DNA of 64,000 bases from positions 24,395 to 88,394 of the forward strand of contig JAIUMY010000002.1 in NCBI GenBank assembly GCA_022565335.1, given 5' to 3'. Shown in pieces: positions 58,494 through 64,000 of the stretch. Source of the stretch: Opitutales bacterium (GTDB taxonomy: Bacteria; Verrucomicrobiota; Verrucomicrobiia; Opitutales; T3Sed10-336). A program made the translations under genes and the position numbers. Under the pieces are notes generated by a model. It searched no databases. It saw nothing but the letters and a program-made list of their open reading frames with translations, and was not told the origin of the DNA. The first letter of the stretch is position 1, and each line of letters starts with the position of its first letter.

Positions 58494-59227
58494 TGACTTC
58501 CGCAAACCAATCCTCTCCGCCGGAATACATCCTCCTTTGGGATATTGATGGCACTTTGATTTCCGGCGGTGGCGCGGGGGAACGGGCCCTCGAAAAAACC
58601 GGACAGGAATGGCTCAACCAGCACATTCCCCTCCACACGATCGACTATCATGGCCGCACCGACCGCCGGATCAGCCGCATGCTCTTTGAGCATACCGGCC
58701 ACCAACCCGCCGAAAACGAAGTCGCGGCCTTCACCAAAAGGTATTTGGAAATCCTGCGCCGGGAAATCACGAACAGCCCGGAAGCTCACGTCAAGCCGGG
58801 GATTCTCGAAATTCTCCCCCTCATCGACCAACACCCCAAACTCGCCCAAGGGCTCCTCACCGGCAACCTGCCCGAAGGGGCCCGGATCAAACTGGGACAC
58901 TTCGACCTGTGGTCCTTTTTCCCCTTCGGGGCCTTTGCCGACCATGCCGAAGAACGAAACGAACTCGCCCCCCACGCCCTTCGCCTCGTCCGGCAACATT
59001 TCTCCTCCAACTTCTCTCCGGATCACCTGATCGTCATCGGCGACACCCCTCACGATATCACCTGCGGGAAACATATCGGAGCCCTGACCGTGGCCGTCGC
59101 CACCGGCCACTACTCCCTCCGCCAGTTACAGGAAGCCAGCCCCGACGCCGCCTTCTCAACTCTCGAACCAATCTCCACCTTCTCCGCCTGGCTCGCCCAA
59201 CATACCGGCACCAGCATTGTTTTTTAA
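58493..59227 (+). CDS. HAD-superfamily hydrolase (phosphoglycolate phosphatase-like)
   Basis: Motif I WDIDGTL and motif IV VIGDTPHDITCG. Start chosen at the TGATG overlap with the M48 stop. Confidence 0.8.
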   Translation: MTSANQSSPPEYILLWDIDGTLISGGGAGERALEKTGQEWLNQHIPLHTIDYHGRTDRRISRMLFEHTGHQPAENEVAAFTKRYLEILRREITNSPEAHVKPGILEILPLIDQHPKLAQGLLTGNLPEGARIKLGHFDLWSFFPFGAFADHAEERNELAPHALRLVRQHFSSNFSPDHLIVIGDTPHDITCGKHIGALTVAVATGHYSLRQLQEASPDAAFSTLEPISTFSAWLAQHTGTSIVF

Positions 59228-59256
59228 TTCACCTTCCAGATAGGGTTAACAATTTA

Positions 59257-60033
59257 CTAGCCCTGCCCCTCCGACTCCCGACCACTGCCCCCTGATCCCT
59301 GACCTCCGACCCGGGGCCTCCCTCGATGAATTTGCCCGGACCAACGCGCAAATTCCGAGAACCGCAGCAGCGCGGGCTCGGCATTCTCCCGCGTTCCGGT
59401 CAAAGGGTTTTGCCACAATAAGCCCAAATCCCACCGCCCCAAAAGGCCCTCCAGGATTTCCGTCCCCCGGGGTATCGGCTGGGAACAAAACCCTTGCGGC
59501 AAAAGATACCGCCGTCCCGGCAAGGCCACCCACTCCTCCGGGGAAAGCAATTTCCAAAAACATTCTCCCGCCGGGTTCACCTCCAGAACGTTCCAACTTT
59601 TACGCCGGGCATCCGACCCAAGGGAAAAAGCCTCCCCGGGCAGGCTTGGTCGTAACGCCGCGGCGACGCCCTCCGCATGATGATAAAAGCGAAGTTTTGC
59701 CGGTTTCCGGCCCTCCAAGCGTTGCAGGGCCCGCCAGCTTTCTATCAACATGGCAGCTATCCGCAAACCCAACAAAGACCCCGGCCCCGCCTGATACAAA
59801 AAGGTCTCCACCTCCACTGGCGAAAACTCCCCCAGACACGTGGTCGCCAAGCTGGCCAATCCCTCTTCCGCCGAAGCCTCCTCTTCTGCCACCGCCAGAA
59901 CCTGCCCCTCCCTCATCAATCCTACGCGCAAACCGGGGTTCCCACCATCAAGCAAAAGGGTCAATCCATCCGAACCCTCAAGAGGACGGCGGTCGGACGC
60001 GATAAAATAGGATTCTTCGGTGCCTGCCGTCAT
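59257..60033 (-). CDS. TsaB/YeaZ-like (peptidase M22 family) protein
   Basis: 258 aa. LLLDGGNPGLRVGL...FLYQAGPGSLLGLRIAAML resembles the TsaB N-terminal pattern (GPGSFTGLRIG). Confidence 0.5.
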   Translation of the reverse strand: MTAGTEESYFIASDRRPLEGSDGLTLLLDGGNPGLRVGLMREGQVLAVAEEEASAEEGLASLATTCLGEFSPVEVETFLYQAGPGSLLGLRIAAMLIESWRALQRLEGRKPAKLRFYHHAEGVAAALRPSLPGEAFSLGSDARRKSWNVLEVNPAGECFWKLLSPEEWVALPGRRYLLPQGFCSQPIPRGTEILEGLLGRWDLGLLWQNPLTGTRENAEPALLRFSEFARWSGQIHRGRPRVGGQGSGGSGRESEGQG

Positions 60034-60080
60034 TTCAAATTCTCCCTTTCATGCCCCGTCAGTAACCCAGCGGAGGACGC

Positions 60081-61808
60081 TCAGTCCTCACCCAGTTCCT
60101 CCCGCAAGGGTTTCCACCGCAGCAAATGTTCCCGTTTGTAAAGCGAGCGGGCCATCGCAATCGCGTTCTCCAAAATCTCTTTCCTGAGAGCCGGCGACAA
60201 ATCCGTTCGTCCCACCAATTTCTCATACAACGTAAAGGCTTCATTGGAGTGGCCCTTTTCATAAAATTGATCAGCAATTTCCATTACCAAGCCCAAATCC
60301 CGGTCTCGGATAAAGGTCAGATATTGCAAGAACCGCAAATTGTCCGGCCAATCAGCGGTATCCCCCTTCCTGGCCAGACGCCATGCCAAGGCGATGCCCG
60401 GACGATCAAAAAAAGCCTGCTCCCCCCAACCCAGCACCGCATCAGGATCCTCTCCCTCCGCCAGTCTCCGGTTCATTTCCCGCAGCACCACATACTGATC
60501 ATAGTGATCGTAGGCGGAAGAATCGGCTTCCCCCAGATTTTCCACCTGTTCCTCCAACGAAACCCGCATCGGTCGATACAAGGGGTCACCCAAAACCACC
60601 CCCTGCCACCCCAGGGCAGGCATGGCATACCACGCCGCTTCGCCAAAACTCATCCCCTTCTCCAAAAGCCCGTCCACCAGAAGATCGGGACGATGACTTA
60701 TCTCCAAAAAGGGTTCCCAAACATTGCCCACCGTAGCGGCAATCCCTTTCCCAATGAGTGGCCCAACCCATTCCCGGTCCCGCGAACGTACCGTGGTCGC
60801 CGAAAAACTGTGGATATGGAACCCAATCGCCCCCGGCGCAAAATCGAACCCCGCCAAGACAAAAGGTCCACTCACCTGCCGGGTATACCAGCCAAAATAC
60901 CAAACCGGCGCATCAAAACGGGCCAGCGGCGAAAAAACTTCCCGTTCCTCATCCATGGTCAGATCAAAGTGCTGAGCCTCAATCGCCGCCGCCGCCGCGC
61001 CCAGCCACTGGTCCCCCTTTGAATGAGGTCGTCCATCCGCCAAATCAATATAGGCCCGACCGCGCAACCCCTTTTCCTCCGCCTCCAACGCCGAGGTCAA
61101 CATCCCCTGCACCGAACGCAAACTCGGCCCGTCCAGACGGGCCACCCGTATAATCTGCGACAGCGCCCGGGGCGGAGGTTCGGCTTGTTGAAAATAAGGA
61201 TTGGGGAGCGGGCCATTCAACGGAAACCGCCCCGCCGCCAGCATCGAGAGTACCTGATCCACCGCCGCCCGGTTGGTTTGCTGCGCTTCCGGCAAGCGCT
61301 GGCGATCCTCCCCGGTCAGTAGATCGTCCTCATGCCGAATCCGCAGAGGCACCCCCCGGGTGGTCACCAGGAACGCCATCCGATGCCCCCGCACCTGATG
61401 TCGTACCTGTCCCGTTTCCACTTCCCCCGAAACTTTTCGACCGGAGATCCAACCACGGTCAATCAACTCCCCCTGCAAAGGATGGAAAATTTCCTCCCAA
61501 AAAGTGTCCCAACCCACCGTCTCCGCCGTCGACATCGGCAGCGCAATCAGATTTTCCTCCGGAATCCCCCGTCGCTCCCGATAATACTCCGCCACCTGCC
61601 GCGAATCCCGGTCCTCACTGTTTACCAATACCACCACCCGGGACGGATCCACGGCGCGGGAAACCGACTGCCCCCAAAGCAACGAACCGGAAAACCCAAT
61701 CGCCCAAACCATCAACCAACAAGCCCGGCGCCCACCATCTGCGGAACGCGCGAAACCAAGCCCCCACGAGGACCTGCCGGAAAAAAGAACTGCCAGACAA
61801 CGAATCAC
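60081..61808 (-). CDS. Secreted conserved hypothetical protein (possibly TIGR03790-like; identified from memory only)
   Basis: 575 aa. Signal/TM at the N-terminus, then VVVLVNSEDRDSRQVAEYYRERRGIPEENLIALPM. No catalytic motif recognised. Confidence 0.55.
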   Translation of the reverse strand: MIRCLAVLFSGRSSWGLGFARSADGGRRACWLMVWAIGFSGSLLWGQSVSRAVDPSRVVVLVNSEDRDSRQVAEYYRERRGIPEENLIALPMSTAETVGWDTFWEEIFHPLQGELIDRGWISGRKVSGEVETGQVRHQVRGHRMAFLVTTRGVPLRIRHEDDLLTGEDRQRLPEAQQTNRAAVDQVLSMLAAGRFPLNGPLPNPYFQQAEPPPRALSQIIRVARLDGPSLRSVQGMLTSALEAEEKGLRGRAYIDLADGRPHSKGDQWLGAAAAAIEAQHFDLTMDEEREVFSPLARFDAPVWYFGWYTRQVSGPFVLAGFDFAPGAIGFHIHSFSATTVRSRDREWVGPLIGKGIAATVGNVWEPFLEISHRPDLLVDGLLEKGMSFGEAAWYAMPALGWQGVVLGDPLYRPMRVSLEEQVENLGEADSSAYDHYDQYVVLREMNRRLAEGEDPDAVLGWGEQAFFDRPGIALAWRLARKGDTADWPDNLRFLQYLTFIRDRDLGLVMEIADQFYEKGHSNEAFTLYEKLVGRTDLSPALRKEILENAIAMARSLYKREHLLRWKPLREELGED

Positions 61809-62029
61809 GGTAAGATATAGAAACCCTCACTAAGACACCATTCCCCCAATGCTTCAATCTCAAAGCCACCCCAACCTTCAATCGCCTGCCCGCCAGCTAA
61901 ACAATATATTCGTCGTACCAAAACCAAAACTCTTGAACGACCTCTGAGGCAGTTTGGAAATACCCGAAGAAAAAATCACCCTGGGAATTCACTCACTACG
62001 ACCCAGCATTGCTCCGAAAAAAAGATTAA

Positions 62030-62050
62030 ATTTGCGAAACTTTCGCAAAT
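62030..62050. promoter_or_regulatory. Perfect 21-bp palindrome ATTTGCGAAA-C-TTTCGCAAAT (candidate operator)
   Basis: 10-bp arms are exactly complementary around a single central C. The centre lies 29 nt upstream of ATG 62069. Confidence 0.45.
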
Positions 62051-62068
62051 AGTATTTTCTACCGGAAT

Positions 62069-62284
62069 ATGAAACCCTTTTATTTCCAAACCTACGGTGA
62101 GTGGCACAAAGCCATCACCCTCCGCTGCCGCCTCAAACTGACCAAGGCCTATACCAAGGAACGACTGCAAGCTCTGCAAAACGATGCCGAGCCGACTACC
62201 AAAGAATTTCTCCAAACCTACGGGGAAGACTATCGCAAACAAGTCATCCATTGGTTTGAGCGAGCCCACCGGGAAGCTTCCTAA
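62069..62284 (+). CDS. 71-aa hypothetical protein
   Basis: Isolated ORF with non-repetitive, helical-looking sequence (MKPFYFQTYGEWHKAITLRCRLKLTKAYTKERLQALQ...). No family recognised. Confidence 0.4.
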   Translation: MKPFYFQTYGEWHKAITLRCRLKLTKAYTKERLQALQNDAEPTTKEFLQTYGEDYRKQVIHWFERAHREAS

Positions 62285-62307
62285 TCGCCCCCAGTGCGGC
62301 CAACCGC

Positions 62308-63096
62308 TCATTCTCCTTGTTTTTCCCACCACCCGGGCAGATCAGCAATGGAGTCAAGCAGAGCGTCGGGTTGAACCTCGGAATCCTCGAGGAGATCTTG
62401 CCGGAATTTGCCCGTCCGCACCAAACAAGCTTGCAGGCCCTGAGCCTTGGCCCCGCCAATATCCGATTGAATATCGTCGCCGACCATGACCGCATCAGCC
62501 GCTTCACAATCCAACTGCGGCAAGGCCAACTGAAAAAAATCACGGGAGGGCTTGCCGATAATCACCGCCTCCTGACCGGTCACATATTCCAACCCCGCCA
62601 CAAAGGCCCCGATGTCCATCCGCAATCCATCCTCATCTTCCCAAAAACGGTTCCGGTGCATGGCGATCAGTTGGGCACCGTTCATCAGCAGCCGGAACAC
62701 CCGGTTCATCAGCTCATAACTCCAGGCCGCCCCAATATCGCCAATCACCACAAAATCCGCTTCGCCCTTCTCGGTCGGCGGGAATTCGGCAAACTCCTCG
62801 CGGGCGGACTCCCGCGTCAAAAGCTCGACCCGCGGACGGGGACGGCCCTGATTTTCCAAATAGGCTTTGGTCGCCGAAACAGCACTGAGAATCTCCTCCG
62901 TCTCTACCTTCAAACCAAGATTCCCCAGTTTGGCCACCAACTCCTGCGAGTTCTTGGTCGAAGTGTTGGTCAAAAACCGACAGGGCACATTCTGCCCCCG
63001 AATCCACTCCAGGGTTTCCCTCGCCCCCGGCAACAGGCGGTTGCCGATGTAAAAAACACCGTCCAAATCGAGCAGCAATCCCTTGGGCCGAGGCAT
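62308..63096 (-). CDS. HAD-superfamily subfamily IIA hydrolase (NagD-like)
   Basis: LLLDLDGVFYIGNRLLPGARETLEWIRGQNVPCRFLTNTS and MVGDDIQSDIGGAKAQG. Start set at M160 of the ORF-track frame, because the upstream 159 codons read through repeat DNA. Confidence 0.82.
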   Translation of the reverse strand: MPRPKGLLLDLDGVFYIGNRLLPGARETLEWIRGQNVPCRFLTNTSTKNSQELVAKLGNLGLKVETEEILSAVSATKAYLENQGRPRPRVELLTRESAREEFAEFPPTEKGEADFVVIGDIGAAWSYELMNRVFRLLMNGAQLIAMHRNRFWEDEDGLRMDIGAFVAGLEYVTGQEAVIIGKPSRDFFQLALPQLDCEAADAVMVGDDIQSDIGGAKAQGLQACLVRTGKFRQDLLEDSEVQPDALLDSIADLPGWWEKQGE

Positions 63097-63202
63097 ACCT
63101 ACCACAAGCAAAAACCACGCCAGCAATGTAGGCAAACCTTTCCCATGCCGGAGCCCAATGGGCGAAGAGCCTGGTTGAAATGGTTTGTTGTTCTTGGAAT
63201 CC

Positions 63203-63294
63203 CGTGCCGCAGGCACCTTGGACTGCCTTTCGACAAGCTCAAGGCCCTGAGCCTGTCGAAGGGCGGCAAGCCGCTTGCCGCTTTCTCCAGCCGC
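63203..63294. repeat. Dispersed-repeat copy A (two conserved blocks flanking a hairpin insert)
   Basis: CGTGCCGCAGGCACCTTGGACTG (63203-63225) and TGCCGCTTTCTCCAGCCGC (63276-63294) recur perfectly at 63791-63813 and 63826-63844. Between them lies the imperfect hairpin CGACAAGCTCA-AGGCCC-TGAGCCTGTCG. Confidence 0.8.
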
Positions 63295-63333
63295 AGGCAT
63301 TTTATTAGTCCCAAAGGGACGGCAAGAGGATAG

Positions 63334-63523
63334 CCGTGGATGGCAATCCACGGAATGGGCATCACCCTCAATAGTATGCCTCGCAGAGCGAGAGCAGGAG
63401 AAGAGTCGCTCAAATGGTACTAGGTTTTTGGCTAATGAAAGCACCTCAAACACACCCCTCTCAGGTCTCGCTCTGCGAGACATTTGGATTTTTGCTTGGA
63501 GATTACGTGGATTGCCATCCATG
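63334..63523. repeat. Long imperfect inverted repeat (about 190 nt) built from two conserved blocks
   Basis: TGGATGGCAATCCACG (63337-63352) is the exact reverse complement of 63506-63521. CTCGCAGAGCGAGA (63380-63393) is the exact reverse complement of 63466-63479. Spacers are 27 and 26 nt, and each block is itself a small hairpin. Confidence 0.8.
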
Positions 63524-63680
63524 CCTACCATCGGCCCGTACCTCCGGGACTTAGGTTTCATTTGCCGTTTCACACGATTTATAAGAGTAGACCTATCGTC
63601 ATGCGCTTAAGTCTTTATTCAAAAACAACTTGAAATTTTCGATGGGGGTTTCCTGGAAATGTGGGGTCAGGAGTCCTGAG

Positions 63681-63861
63681 CCTGCTGCGGCGTTACTCGA
63701 ACTGAACGGTTCGCCAGCAGGGCTGGCGAACTCCAAAGACCGCTTCGCTGTCGGACTGGCCGATCCGGCAAAGTATAACCGGTCACCCCTCGTGCCGCAG
63801 GCACCTTGGACTGGGGCAGGCCTCCTGCCGCTTTCTCCAGCCGCTGCCTGCTGCGGCGTTA
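63681..63861. repeat. Repeat copy B region with 15-nt direct repeat CCTGCTGCGGCGTTA
   Basis: CCTGCTGCGGCGTTA occurs at 63681-63695 and 63847-63861. Copy-B blocks at 63791-63813 and 63826-63844 lack the hairpin insert of copy A. Confidence 0.75.
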
Positions 63862-64000
63862 TCCTACGACGTTGTCCTGCGACCTTGTCCTGCGAAGCCC
63901 GCAGGGCGAAGAAGGATCTGTGCACTCCGTGTTCTTCATGGTTACAAAAGCCTGTTTGACCCGCAATCTCTAGAAATGAAATTGGTTCAATTAAGGACTT

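Noticed and set aside
63097-63573. N-terminal 159 codons of ORF 62308-63573, and the antisense 338-aa ORF 62317-63333.
   Set aside because: The extension is translated repeat DNA (AAGESGKRLAALRQAQGLELVERQSKVPAARD...). The HAD-IIA catalytic motif DLDGV starts right after M160. The plus-strand ORF is a shadow of the HAD gene.

Overview
This is a chromosomal window from a diderm bacterium. The lineage cannot be fixed from the sequence alone. Shine-Dalgarno sites are mostly weak and many genes are joined by ATGA, TAATG or 8-17 nt overlaps.

Layout:
- (1) 1-2534, minus strand: an overlap-coupled trio of an AAA_16/STAND-like P-loop ATPase, a coiled-coil 2-TM protein and an HDOD protein. The HDOD gene is truncated by the window edge.
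- (2) 2912-5029: a soluble PAS histidine kinase with a receiver-like tail that looks degenerate.
- (3) 5.3-34.8 kb: one co-directional flagellar supercluster of 36 ORFs, flgBC-fliEFGHIJ-(ylxF/motE-like)-fliK-flgDE-fliLMNOPQR-flhBAF-X-fliA-motAB-Y-flgFGAHIJ-flgN-flgKL.
- (4) lgt, GTP-PEPCK and a YhcH-family gene.
- (5) The conserved minus-strand block tRNA-Thr, tuf, tRNA-Trp, secE, nusG, rplKAJL, rpoB, rpoC.
- (6) A TPR/ExbB/ExbD/TonB-like operon.
- (7) lemA plus a long M48 peptidase, and a HAD hydrolase.
- (8) A TsaB-like gene, a secreted hypothetical protein, a small ORF behind a perfect palindrome, and a HAD-IIA hydrolase.
- (9) A roughly 0.9 kb repeat- and hairpin-dense non-coding island at the right edge.

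Most interesting observations:
- There are three perfect TGGCAC-N5-TTGC sigma-54 motifs. Two are correctly placed for flgB and flhB; one is antisense inside flgE. A good fourth site abuts flgF, and the geometry at flgB and flgF implies near-leaderless mRNAs.
- No MinD-type flhG is present. An 81-aa 2-TM protein occupies its slot and is translationally coupled to both flhF and fliA.
- An 83-aa Cys-motif protein is coupled to motB.
- FliM lacks the N-terminal CheY-docking peptide, and no che genes are present.
- FlgH contains no cysteine.

I saw no CRISPR array, transposase, integrase or recognisable defence system.
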